A DNA stretch of 64,000 bases, taken from a virus (Duplodnaviria; Caudoviricetes). The DNA lies in the IMG/VR virus record IMGVR_UViG_3300031813_000013, positions 12,842 through 76,841 of that record; one strand, 5' to 3'. The notes under the pieces were generated by a model, which saw only the letters and a program-made list of their open reading frames with translations, was not told where the DNA came from and did not search any database. Position 1 is the first letter of the stretch. Every line of letters starts with the position of its first letter. The position numbers and the translations under genes are program-made. This document shows, piece by piece, positions 38,388-48,686 of this stretch.

Positions 38388-40931
38388 TTATGAACCAACT
38401 CTTAAAATAGCCCAATTCAATACAACAGAATCGGAGTGAGCAGAACCGCCACCTGATGAGGTGTTATACAAACTAATAACGAAACTACCAACAGCAACAT
38501 CACCGACAGTTACCACATATGGGTTTGGTGTTGTTACTGGGTTTTGTATATTAACAATAATAATATCATTAACGTGTAAGACGTTTGGATTATTAACTGT
38601 AAATGATACTTGAGTTGAACCGGCTAAAGATGAGCCAGCCATTTGAATTTGACCAGTAATGCCGCTTACAGAAACAGAAGTTGATTTGTTACCCGTTTGT
38701 GTGACTAATGAATTTGCTGTAGCGGAGCCATATACAAGTGTATTTGCAACCAATGTATTTGCTGTTGTTGTATTTGAAGTGATTGCAAATAGTGAACTGT
38801 TAACAGTTGCTGTTGCACTTCTTACATTTGTACCATTTGGTGTGGTATTAAATGTAATTGTAGAACCCTTGGTAGAATCTGTATAATTTTCTGCCGCAAT
38901 GAAATCCACCGAAGCGCCACCAGTTAACGTGAAACCTGAAGTTCCGTAGCCATTTCCACCAAGACGCATCAATAAGTCACCAGTTTGTACTGTACTTGGA
39001 TTCGATGAGTTGCCTCTTGCAGCACGACCAGCAATCAACGGATATGCGGCAGTATTACCTAGACTATAGTTGTCAACAATCATGCGTGTTGCATAACCAC
39101 CATCAAGACCAGTTAACTGCAACATTGTGCCTGATGCAGTGGTTTGTTGTGCAATACCGTTGTTTGAACCATCAATTCTTACACTAGATGTTGTTGCGGG
39201 GAATGTAGAACTTTGAATGGTAACAGTGCCATTCATTGTCAATGTATTTTGTATAACATTAACAACAAATGTATTATTAACAGCCAAGTTACTTGTCACT
39301 TGAACATTAGGTGCTGCAATAGTTCCGTTTGCATAAATTGCTGTATTACCAACAATAAAGACATTTGCATTGTTGACTTGTAATGCACCAGACCGAACTG
39401 TAATTGATGTATCATTACCGGTAATTTCATCAATGATGTGTAGTGATGCACCACCAAGATATAGGTTTTCAAATCTGTTTGTTGGTGAACCTAGACTATA
39501 TGTGTTTGATGATGTTGGTAAAATGTTACCGGTTATTTGTAGATTGCCAGCAAATAGTGCATTGTTTGTATTTGCAAGTGCATTATTAGCAGTTGTGAAT
39601 GCTGCATTAGCTTGTGTAAATGATGCCGCAATACTTGTATTTTGTGTTAAATTCACACCAGCCAAATTGACGGTGTTTGCTGCCGCTGTGTTTGCAGCAG
39701 AGAATGCAGAATTAGCATATGAGCCAGCACTGTTTGCTGTATTATTTGCCATAGTGTATGCGGCATTAGCTTGAATAAACGCAACATTTGCATACAGAGA
39801 AGCACTATTAGCAACACCAAATGCGGCATTAGCATAAACGCTTGTAGTATTTTGTGAAGCGTATGCGCTATTAGCTTCCACAAATGCACCATTAGCGTAT
39901 AGGGAAGCAGAATTTGCTTGAGAGTATGCCGCATTGGCTTCTAGGAATGCACCATTAGCATATAAAGATGCGCTGTTTGCAACACTAAATCCTGAGTTGG
40001 CTTGCAAAAATGCTGCTGTGATACTTGTATTTTGTGTTAAATCCACACCAGCCAAATTGACGGTGTTTGCAGCCGCTGTATTGGCTGCTGTAAATGCACT
40101 ATTTGCTTGTGTGTAACCAGCATTGGCTTCTACAAATGCACCATTTGCATATAAGCTGGCGCCATTTGCTTGTGCATATGCACTGTTAGCCTGCAAGAAA
40201 GCAGCATTGGCTTCGGTAAATGAAGCTGTAATACTTGTGTTTTGTGTTGCTTCAACACAGTATAACAAACCAACTTGTGTGTTAGCATATGTAAATGCGG
40301 CATTAGAATAAGCATATGGTGCGGCCGCAGTTGACTGTAATGTGCCATCACCAAAAGTCATATAAGATTGTGTGTTTAGTGACAATCCATTTGCAGAAAT
40401 CCAACCGACAATATTGTTTGAATTGGTGCCACCAAGCATAAACTTCAAATTTGCATTAGTTGTTGCAGTACCAATCAATAAATTTCCTTGATAACTCGCA
40501 AGACCTGTGGTTGCATTTGCTCCTTGAACATACAAATAAGCATCATATGAATTGAATGCTGTATAACCTGCATTATTTCCCGTTACTTGTGAGTTATTGA
40601 TACCAAAATCTGCAAAATAATTATAATTTGCTTGTGTTGCTTGGTCAGCCGACAAGACATAATCTGCCGAACCCATTGAGTTGAAGTTTTGATTATTAAC
40701 TTGTATAAAGGATGGATCAGAACCAGAAAATTGTGCAATAGTATTTGTGAATTGAAGATTATTGTTGCCAACATTCAAGTAACTATTTCTGAAAAGACCT
40801 AAAGCCAATGTGTTGGCAGTCATTTGGAAAGTGGTATCTGTAGGAACATCAACACCCACAAACAAGGTGTTTGCCGTATTGGCATTGATTACAGTGAATA
40901 CTGGTAGTTGTGATATTTTTATTAATGACAT
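38388..40931 (-). CDS. Fibre-like virion protein between gp7 and gp8 (847 aa)
   Basis: KISQLP N-terminus; ANxAF heptad stalk; ILPTSSNTYSLGSPTNRFENLYL fibre motif; C-terminal beta domain. Confidence 0.7.
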   Translation of the reverse strand: MSLIKISQLPVFTVINANTANTLFVGVDVPTDTTFQMTANTLALGLFRNSYLNVGNNNLQFTNTIAQFSGSDPSFIQVNNQNFNSMGSADYVLSADQATQANYNYFADFGINNSQVTGNNAGYTAFNSYDAYLYVQGANATTGLASYQGNLLIGTATTNANLKFMLGGTNSNNIVGWISANGLSLNTQSYMTFGDGTLQSTAAAPYAYSNAAFTYANTQVGLLYCVEATQNTSITASFTEANAAFLQANSAYAQANGASLYANGAFVEANAGYTQANSAFTAANTAAANTVNLAGVDLTQNTSITAAFLQANSGFSVANSASLYANGAFLEANAAYSQANSASLYANGAFVEANSAYASQNTTSVYANAAFGVANSASLYANVAFIQANAAYTMANNTANSAGSYANSAFSAANTAAANTVNLAGVNLTQNTSIAASFTQANAAFTTANNALANTNNALFAGNLQITGNILPTSSNTYSLGSPTNRFENLYLGGASLHIIDEITGNDTSITVRSGALQVNNANVFIVGNTAIYANGTIAAPNVQVTSNLAVNNTFVVNVIQNTLTMNGTVTIQSSTFPATTSSVRIDGSNNGIAQQTTASGTMLQLTGLDGGYATRMIVDNYSLGNTAAYPLIAGRAARGNSSNPSTVQTGDLLMRLGGNGYGTSGFTLTGGASVDFIAAENYTDSTKGSTITFNTTPNGTNVRSATATVNSSLFAITSNTTTANTLVANTLVYGSATANSLVTQTGNKSTSVSVSGITGQIQMAGSSLAGSTQVSFTVNNPNVLHVNDIIIVNIQNPVTTPNPYVVTVGDVAVGSFVISLYNTSSGGGSAHSDSVVLNWAILRVGS

Positions 40932-40934
40932 TTC

Positions 40935-43900
40935 TTATCCTATTAGAAGTTCGTTTCCTTGTTCGTCCGTCAATGTGTTTCCATTTTCATCGGTCAACAT
41001 CACAAAGTATTGTGTTCCTACTGGTCCAAACACTTGAACATTTTCATAGGTAGAAATCATGCTTCTGCCTATAGAAATCAAACCATTCGAACCATTAGCC
41101 AACGGACCACTTAGTCCAACTTGATTCAATGTGTAATTTATAGAAACTACTGTTTGTGCTGCACCATTGATATACAAATTGTCATTAACACGAATCACAT
41201 CCATCATTGGATATGTGGTGTTGCTATATGCTCCGTAATTTATTAAATTGTATGTTCCGGTCAACGATGTTATATTTAGTTCTGTGTTGCTGTTACCATA
41301 CTGTTGTGAAACTGCAACATTTCCAAAATATGTCCAAACATTGTCTTGTAGTGTGATGGTTGTGTTGCCAACATTGACAACTAATGATTTAACGGAATCA
41401 TTTAGTCCTGTTCCATATTCAAATACAACTGTTGTAGTGTTTGCAAAGAAAATGTTAGACAAGTTTGCACCATACAAATTAGCAAATGTAATAATGTTAT
41501 TACTCTTGTTTGTAGGTGTACCAGCAGAAATTGTTGCTATTGTACCAGTATTTGCATAGTGGTCTAGCGGAACACCAGATTGTAACGCATCAACTGTTGA
41601 CAATTTAATGTTATCATTGGACCTCATCGAATAGCGACCAATAACTCTCATGCCTGTTGGATGCAACAAGTTCATCAACACATCACGATACTTGGCAATT
41701 TCTTTTTCAACTGTAATTTCGTATGTGTAATTATTGTATTCTGTGCTTTGCAATACATCATAACCGCTAGGCTGGCCAGAATTGTTCAAGTATTGACCGT
41801 TACCGATTACAAGACCATTCAAGAATGTAGTTGTTGCTAGTGCATGTCCGTCACCATATTGCATGATACCATTTGCTGCATCAAATCTAGTATCTAGAGT
41901 TGAGTTATCAAATGTAGTTGTTCTGATATTGGTGAAATTAGGCACCAGATTCATACTAGCATTGATAGATGTAATTTTTAAAGGTGCTGTATTTGCTGGT
42001 TTAGATGTATAGTTGTACACACGCATTTGGTATACACTATTGTTTGCAGGATATGCTTGCTCTACAACAAATATCGAATCTACTGTTGCAATGTATGTTG
42101 CAACGTTCAGGTTTGCACCCTGGAATACAGTTTGACCTTTTTGTGGCAATGCATTTAAGTACACATTTGAAACAATCAAATCTTGTATGGCCAAAGATAC
42201 ATTGGGTGCAGCAATATAATCATCGCCGTTATCCAATATGTTGAATGTTATGATAGAGCCAATACGGTTAGCAACCTCAGAGAAAGTTGCGCCGGCTCCA
42301 AGATAACCATCAACTGATAGTATTGCTGTACCAAGATAGAATGAATTTGCAACTACGTTTGTTGTTGCATTTGATGTCAAAATCAAAGTATTTGCATTGA
42401 CAACCGATTGTACGGTACCAAGAATTACGTTAGAATTTGTAACAAGTAAGCCACCAACATTAATTTGTGTGTTGAAACTTGTTCCGTTACCAGTAACAAT
42501 TGTGCTTGCATTGCTTGTAGTAACATTACCTAATGCGGTGTGCACAACAATAGGTGTTGGTAGTGCATCATAATAACACATACCACCCAATGGATATGGG
42601 TTTGCGGAGTTACCTAATGGTTGTTGCACGTATGTAATTGATGTAATTGCACCTGTTGACGCATTAACAGAAGTAACTTGTGCATATGCACCAACACCAG
42701 AACCACCAGCCAATAAAACTGTATCTCCTACACTATAACCAGTACCACCACTTCTAATTTTTACTGGTGCAAGAATGCCCAAGTTTGCAAGATTGGAGAT
42801 TGAATACTCATCTTCATTGTAGAATGTGTTAACTTCAATTGTTGGTGGTTGTGTAAATCCACCACCTTGGTTCTCAACAATCAATGAAGAAATTGGATAT
42901 GTCTGGAAACTGGTAAAACTAAATGCATTACCCATCGGTGTGTTTGCATTAGAATATGCTATATTGATGGTGTTTGCATAAGACTGTGAAACATAACCAT
43001 GCAATTGTTGTTGCAAGTTGACTGTACCGACAACATTATTCAATTGTAGCACCACATTTCCTGTGCTGTTTGTAGAAATGTTTACAATACCAGCACTAAA
43101 CGAACTATTTGCAAGGTTTGTTCCTTGATAAACACCCTCACTTGGATAAAACTGTCCATTACTATATTGAATACGAACGTTGTTTGTTCCTTGGCCTTGC
43201 CATGCACTAATATATCTTTTTGCACCAGTGTTAGCACCAATTATGAATGCTGAGTTGGAAATTGTTCCTGTTGTATTTGAAACCAGCAACAATACGTTGT
43301 TTGCTGGATCCATGTTCACAATCTTACCACTGAATGTGTTTGATGCCAGTGATGTTCCTTGATAGATGTATTCACTGTTAGCAAACTGTACTGGTGCATT
43401 AACAGTCAAATAGTTTCCTGATGCAAAGAAATAGTTGTTTGCACCTAATGAAATGTGTTCTTTCAGTAGTAGACTGTCCACAGGAACAAAAGTTGCATTT
43501 GCTGCACCAACTGGATCTAAGCCACCAACAATAACTATAGGAGCCTTAGGACTTTCACCAACAAGATTCGTAAATGTTATTTGTGTGTTTGCGCCGCCGA
43601 CAATATTGTTTGGTGTTGAAAATGTGTAACCATAACCTTCATTGTCGGTGTGAATAGACTGAATAGAACCTGTTGTAACTGAACCAATTACTGCTGTTGC
43701 ACCAACGGGATTAGGTGTATTTGGATTCAAACCACCATAGAATACAACTGGATCACCAACCGAATAGCCTAAACCTCTATTGTTCTTATCAATTATAATT
43801 TGGCTAATTTGACCAACGATAAGTGCTGTAAGAGTTTCCGCACCAACTGTTCCTGCTGGAACTTGTTGGCCATTCTTAAAATATACAGGTTGATTTCTGT

Positions 43901-44501
43901 TATCTACAACAGTAACAGTTTCACCAGATTGAAACAAACGTTCAATGTTTGAAATGAAAACTTCTGTCTTAACACCATCATATGTCGATGCTTCAATCGT
44001 AGCAATAGATTTTGATATGTTGCCGAACACACGCAAGTTTTGTGTGTTCAAGAAATTTGGATCATCAGTAGCAAGTTTTAGACTTCTTGGAACATACCAA
44101 GTACCACCGGATGCTTTAAGAACTGCATCTTTGTTGTAAAAAATATCAACGTCAGAGTTGTAAAGAATTCTAAACAAGAACTCAAACGATGCTGGCGTAC
44201 CTTTATTTTGGTATAATTGTTTGGCTGCTTTGATTGTCTTTACTGGATCGGCCAGAATGTCCTGTGGAAAATAGGACATGAAATCATTGATATAATACTG
44301 CAAAAATTCTTGTGTGGTACTATCGATATCAATGAGTGAAGGAATGCTTTTAGTAAAGTCTAAAACATTACCTTGTTCTTCCATCCATTCATAGTACGCT
44401 TTAATGAATAGAGTGAAATTGGCGTAGTTCGGATCCTCACTAATGAACTTAGGTAGTTCGTAAGGTACCAGTAACGATGTTTTCTGATTGCTTTGTATCA
44501 T
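40935..44501 (-). CDS. gp7: Baseplate wedge initiator
   Basis: LPKFISED...FIKAYYEWME, IDIDST, KQLYQNKGTPASFEFLFRILY, YQ-type C-terminal YRDVLMNLLHPTGM; follows gp6. Confidence 0.8.
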   Translation of the reverse strand: MIQSNQKTSLLVPYELPKFISEDPNYANFTLFIKAYYEWMEEQGNVLDFTKSIPSLIDIDSTTQEFLQYYINDFMSYFPQDILADPVKTIKAAKQLYQNKGTPASFEFLFRILYNSDVDIFYNKDAVLKASGGTWYVPRSLKLATDDPNFLNTQNLRVFGNISKSIATIEASTYDGVKTEVFISNIERLFQSGETVTVVDNRNQPVYFKNGQQVPAGTVGAETLTALIVGQISQIIIDKNNRGLGYSVGDPVVFYGGLNPNTPNPVGATAVIGSVTTGSIQSIHTDNEGYGYTFSTPNNIVGGANTQITFTNLVGESPKAPIVIVGGLDPVGAANATFVPVDSLLLKEHISLGANNYFFASGNYLTVNAPVQFANSEYIYQGTSLASNTFSGKIVNMDPANNVLLLVSNTTGTISNSAFIIGANTGAKRYISAWQGQGTNNVRIQYSNGQFYPSEGVYQGTNLANSSFSAGIVNISTNSTGNVVLQLNNVVGTVNLQQQLHGYVSQSYANTINIAYSNANTPMGNAFSFTSFQTYPISSLIVENQGGGFTQPPTIEVNTFYNEDEYSISNLANLGILAPVKIRSGGTGYSVGDTVLLAGGSGVGAYAQVTSVNASTGAITSITYVQQPLGNSANPYPLGGMCYYDALPTPIVVHTALGNVTTSNASTIVTGNGTSFNTQINVGGLLVTNSNVILGTVQSVVNANTLILTSNATTNVVANSFYLGTAILSVDGYLGAGATFSEVANRIGSIITFNILDNGDDYIAAPNVSLAIQDLIVSNVYLNALPQKGQTVFQGANLNVATYIATVDSIFVVEQAYPANNSVYQMRVYNYTSKPANTAPLKITSINASMNLVPNFTNIRTTTFDNSTLDTRFDAANGIMQYGDGHALATTTFLNGLVIGNGQYLNNSGQPSGYDVLQSTEYNNYTYEITVEKEIAKYRDVLMNLLHPTGMRVIGRYSMRSNDNIKLSTVDALQSGVPLDHYANTGTIATISAGTPTNKSNNIITFANLYGANLSNIFFANTTTVVFEYGTGLNDSVKSLVVNVGNTTITLQDNVWTYFGNVAVSQQYGNSNTELNITSLTGTYNLINYGAYSNTTYPMMDVIRVNDNLYINGAAQTVVSINYTLNQVGLSGPLANGSNGLISIGRSMISTYENVQVFGPVGTQYFVMLTDENGNTLTDEQGNELLIG

Positions 44502-44505
44502 TTAC

Positions 44506-46584
44506 TTAAATCTTTGCTGAGACAGAGACACTTATCGCCGCTGGATCGTATGGGTCTATAGTAATAATTCTATTTAACGAAGATGAAATTAAGGTTGTTG
44601 TGGGTTTAGCAGAAATCGTTAATTCACACAAAGGATTATCGACATTGATTGGATTCAAACCAACCATTGTGATGATACCTTTTTCATAATCGATAGTGCC
44701 TGCATTGTTACTTACAACAACTTTACCTGATGTGTTACTATTATAATATGTTCTTAGTGTGCCCAATTGGCCTGTTAGATTAACAACAAGAGAAGCACCT
44801 TTACCTGTTGTGTCACCTGGTGCAGGAATAACTGTTGCAACCGCTGAAGTATAACCAACACCATTATTTGCTACAGTAACACTGGCCAATGAACCATTGA
44901 TAATAGTTGCATATGCATTTGCACCTTGACCATCACCTGATATAATGATAGATGGTGTTTGTGTGTAATTGTAACCTGTTGTTGCTATGGTAACAGATTC
45001 AACCGAACTTGTAGCAGAAGGAATTTCTTCATAGAACACACCATCAATTGTGTTGATTGTGTTTGCTGGATCAATAACTCTAATACCAGGAGAACTAGAG
45101 ATGCCACTACCATACACACCACGTTGTAATGGGCTATTGAATACTAATGTGTATGTTGTTGCTGTTGATAGTGAAGGATAGAATTTCTTCTGCACGTTAG
45201 TAGTAAAATCCGCACTAATGATAGAAGGATCAAAAGTATTCATAACCTTCAACACATCATACGTATTGAATGTTGAATTAAATGTGTTCAAGTTGTTTGC
45301 AGCATAACCATAGATTGCTTGCTGAATGCCTGAAATTAAACCTGATGGTGTCAATGCTGTTTGTGATTGGTGATAAACTACGTTTGCATTAACTTGAATG
45401 TATGTATAGTCTGGATCCACAATGACAGGTTCAACTGTGACCACACTGATTGGTTTAATAATGTTGTTAATGATTAATGATTTCTGTGTCTGAGTTAAAT
45501 CATATGCACCGGCTGGTTTCAATGAAATAAAGACTTGACCATATGCTGGTGGATTGTTTTCTTCACCACCCCAAACGGACACAGCATCAAATGGTATACC
45601 TAGATTGTTTTGTTGTAAAGCGGTGATGTAATCGTTTTTGCTAACCGCTCTACCTTGAGCCGCAAACGCCTTTGGTGCTTGGAACTTAATAGATTGAATA
45701 GATTCTCTATCCATACCTTGAGATGCTGCCTGGAACGGTGTTACAAGCACGGAGGTATAATTGCCACCATTCACTGAATCCATTAGTGTGAAATTATTTG
45801 CCAAACCACCAGCAGAACCTGCGGTAGAAATATATTTTACGGTAATAATATTGCCATCCGACAACTGTAGTCCTAGAATGCCATCACCAAAATAGATTTG
45901 GTAGTTGCCGTTGATTGCTTCTTGTAAGAAATATACAGTATCTGTTGGTCCAAGTGACAAATAATTTGATGTGGGATTAAATATCTGTGAGTAACTGTTA
46001 GTTGAAGATTGTTGTACCGTTACTATCATTGTAGAAGTGTCAATACTTGCATCAGGAATTTCAAAAATGTAATTTGGATTGGTTGTTGAATTTACGGTAT
46101 AATTGTATATTGAATATGTACCTTGTTTAATTTCAACACCATTGAATGTGGCCACATTGTTATTTACAGCAACTGTATTGTCTTCTGTTGTAACATAGTT
46201 ATAATTGACACCTTGAATTGCTTCTGACATGAAGTTTGTATATCGTGGCAAAGTAAACAATGGTGTTGTAACACCAGAAAATGTCAAATTGATAAGTGCG
46301 ATAGGTCCAATGGATGATTGTGGTACATAATTTAATAGTTTTGCATGTGACACCACAGAAGAACGTTGGATTGAAGAATCCAAGAACATTTCATTGGCCA
46401 CCATGTTCAAATAGAATGCATTATACTGTGTATTGTATGCTAAAACATCCAATAGAGTAGACAAAGATGAACCGGTAAAGTTATAATCTTTAAATGTGTC
46501 TTGGGATTGCAGATAGTTAATGAAGTTTTGTTTAACACTGCTAAAATCTAGACTAGCAACTTGAATATTTGTATTAGATGCCAT
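44506..46584 (-). CDS. gp6: Baseplate wedge subunit
   Basis: LDFSSVKQNF, DYNFTGSSLSTLLDVLAYNTQYNAFYLNMVANEMFLDS, IYFGDGILG, AQGRAVSKNDY, VWGGEENNPPAYGQVFIS. Confidence 0.93.
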   Translation of the reverse strand: MASNTNIQVASLDFSSVKQNFINYLQSQDTFKDYNFTGSSLSTLLDVLAYNTQYNAFYLNMVANEMFLDSSIQRSSVVSHAKLLNYVPQSSIGPIALINLTFSGVTTPLFTLPRYTNFMSEAIQGVNYNYVTTEDNTVAVNNNVATFNGVEIKQGTYSIYNYTVNSTTNPNYIFEIPDASIDTSTMIVTVQQSSTNSYSQIFNPTSNYLSLGPTDTVYFLQEAINGNYQIYFGDGILGLQLSDGNIITVKYISTAGSAGGLANNFTLMDSVNGGNYTSVLVTPFQAASQGMDRESIQSIKFQAPKAFAAQGRAVSKNDYITALQQNNLGIPFDAVSVWGGEENNPPAYGQVFISLKPAGAYDLTQTQKSLIINNIIKPISVVTVEPVIVDPDYTYIQVNANVVYHQSQTALTPSGLISGIQQAIYGYAANNLNTFNSTFNTYDVLKVMNTFDPSIISADFTTNVQKKFYPSLSTATTYTLVFNSPLQRGVYGSGISSSPGIRVIDPANTINTIDGVFYEEIPSATSSVESVTIATTGYNYTQTPSIIISGDGQGANAYATIINGSLASVTVANNGVGYTSAVATVIPAPGDTTGKGASLVVNLTGQLGTLRTYYNSNTSGKVVVSNNAGTIDYEKGIITMVGLNPINVDNPLCELTISAKPTTTLISSSLNRIITIDPYDPAAISVSVSAKI

Positions 46585-46976
46585 TATCTGGACCTTTGAA
46601 GAAGAAGATTTAACGTTGTTGGTGATGTATTATTACCAATGAAAAAACTCACATCCGCAACAAAAGAGTTTTGGTCTGGTGACAATGTTACAGTCACATT
46701 ATATATGGACGCTCTTGGCTCAAAGTTTGTAATGACATTCTTAATTTCATCTGATATAACACTTGCGGTCAAATTGGTTGCTGGTTCAAACAACAATGCA
46801 GACATATTTGAACCAACGGAAGGCTGAAAAGGACGCTCATAGAAGTTGGTTGACAACAAATTTCTTACGGAAGCAATGACGGCCTGGTCGTCAAAACGCA
46901 TTGCAACATCACCAGTTACTGGTGTTCTGTTGAATGTTAAGTCCAAATCTGAATATAGGTGTTGTATTTTTGCCAT
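46584..46976 (-). CDS. gp25: Baseplate wedge / sheath initiator
   Basis: YSDLDLTF, SVRNLLSTNFYERPFQP, LLFEP, ITNFEPRA. Confidence 0.92.
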   Translation of the reverse strand: MAKIQHLYSDLDLTFNRTPVTGDVAMRFDDQAVIASVRNLLSTNFYERPFQPSVGSNMSALLFEPATNLTASVISDEIKNVITNFEPRASIYNVTVTLSPDQNSFVADVSFFIGNNTSPTTLNLLLQRSR

Positions 46977-46986
46977 CTACTATTTA

Positions 46987-47817
46987 TCAGTTTAAATTGG
47001 AGACTAGGGAAGGTGTGCCAATATAATTTTTCAACAAATAGTTCTCAGATTGTCCCAAATTATTAAATTGTTGCACAGTCGTGAAGTCTGAAACAACATT
47101 TGCAGAATTTTGGAAGAATTGTGAGTCTTGTGCTGGATAGGTTGTCATCAAATAATATGTTTGATACACAGTATTCATCAAATTTTGTGCATTGGCTACG
47201 TCTATTGAAGTTGTATTTGCCCAACCAACCACACCATTTCCTACAACAGTAATTGTTGTTGCAAGATAATTTGATATTGTATTCATTGTGGTATACAGAG
47301 AACTTAAAGTATTACCCAAGGTTATACTTGTAAAGTTGCCCATGATAACAGAATTATTTTGAACGCCATCAGTTTGGTTTGTCAGATAAGATAAGATTTT
47401 ACCTTGTGACATTGCTGTTTTATAGTGTGGTGTTGTTGTATCTGAGCCTTGGTCAACAACATTGGATTCTCTATTGGTGACGTATAGGTAGTTATTTGCT
47501 GTTGTGCTGGAAAGTGTTTTCACTGTGCTGTATACATTGGCCAATGCTGTGGTTATTGTAGAATTTGACGATGTTAAGTTATTTGCAATGACATTCAATG
47601 TATTTGCTACTGTCCAAATGGAAAGTGTTACATTGGCAACAGGATTCTGGAAATAGTTTCCTACTGTTCCCGAGGCTACAGCATTTGCTTGCCAAGGACT
47701 TAAAAGATTAGGCACCAAACTCATTTGAGTTGTGACATTGCTACTGTAATTAGTTACAGATGCCGCAGTCGTTGGGTCACTTGAATTGAAACCTAATCTT
47801 CCATAAATGCTACTCAT
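46987..47817 (-). CDS. Hypothetical Asn/Thr-rich virion-module protein (276 aa)
   Basis: Tightly packed ORF between the spike C-terminal gene and gp25. Confidence 0.65.
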   Translation of the reverse strand: MSSIYGRLGFNSSDPTTAASVTNYSSNVTTQMSLVPNLLSPWQANAVASGTVGNYFQNPVANVTLSIWTVANTLNVIANNLTSSNSTITTALANVYSTVKTLSSTTANNYLYVTNRESNVVDQGSDTTTPHYKTAMSQGKILSYLTNQTDGVQNNSVIMGNFTSITLGNTLSSLYTTMNTISNYLATTITVVGNGVVGWANTTSIDVANAQNLMNTVYQTYYLMTTYPAQDSQFFQNSANVVSDFTTVQQFNNLGQSENYLLKNYIGTPSLVSNLN

Positions 47818-47821
47818 AATA

Positions 47822-48685
47822 TTATGCTCCTATTTCACGAGGTATTGGTGGACCTGTAGGTCCTTTTGGTGATATGTGAATGTGTGTATTGTGTAAACCC
47901 AAATTCAACGTATCGAACGCCCACATGGCTTTCATTACCCCAAATAATGCCAATGGTGCTGATGTGGAAACGGTTGCATTAACTTGACCAAGCAAAGGAA
48001 TACCGGGTCCAGCTTGAACGCCACCAAGTTCTGTAACAAATCCCTGTGGACCTGCACCGACACCAAGTAATGCATCGATGCGTCCTGTTGATGTAATCTT
48101 TTGTGCAACAATTTCACCATCGGTGTGTAAATCGCCCTTGATGTGCATATAATCACCAGGTTCAACTTTTAAACCACCACCAATAGCACCGCCACATTGT
48201 AGAACGGTGTCTGACTGTGAGGTCATGTGAATTAAACCTTCAGAAGTGACAGACATATCACCTTTGACATGCAATTCATAGTTACCATCAACTTGTTCTA
48301 TCTTATCACCAACCACATGCATGTTCACATCACCATAAACTGTGATGTTGAGTTTAGCCAAAGTGCCTGCACCTTCTGTACCAATAACAATGTTGTGGTC
48401 ATTACAAGTTATGAAGAATCCATTGCCAGTAATCTTTTGAACCATGTCACCATTCGGTGCCATTTCAATAAAGGTATTTTTTCTATGCTGTAAACGAACT
48501 CGTTCACGGTCCAAAGTATCATCCATCTCAAACAAATGACCACTTTGAGTTTGTGTTACATTGTTAAATGGGTAGACGGGTTGGCTATTAGCATATGTTG
48601 TATTTGCAGCAGATTCTGGTTGAATAAAACCGCTGTATATTTGTGGTGGTGCCTGTACTTCTGGTGCGTCTGGTAAATCACTCAT
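47822..48685 (-). CDS. gp5: Baseplate central spike, C-terminal beta-helix part (gp5C-like) with HxH apex
   Basis: YPFNNVTQTQSGHLFEMDDT...RERVRLQHR (T4 gp5 post-lysozyme motif); VYGDVNMHVVGDKIEQVDGNYELHVKGD repeats; terminal HNTHIH...GPTGPP. Confidence 0.85.
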   Translation of the reverse strand: MSDLPDAPEVQAPPQIYSGFIQPESAANTTYANSQPVYPFNNVTQTQSGHLFEMDDTLDRERVRLQHRKNTFIEMAPNGDMVQKITGNGFFITCNDHNIVIGTEGAGTLAKLNITVYGDVNMHVVGDKIEQVDGNYELHVKGDMSVTSEGLIHMTSQSDTVLQCGGAIGGGLKVEPGDYMHIKGDLHTDGEIVAQKITSTGRIDALLGVGAGPQGFVTELGGVQAGPGIPLLGQVNATVSTSAPLALFGVMKAMWAFDTLNLGLHNTHIHISPKGPTGPPIPREIGA

Positions 48686-48686
48686 A

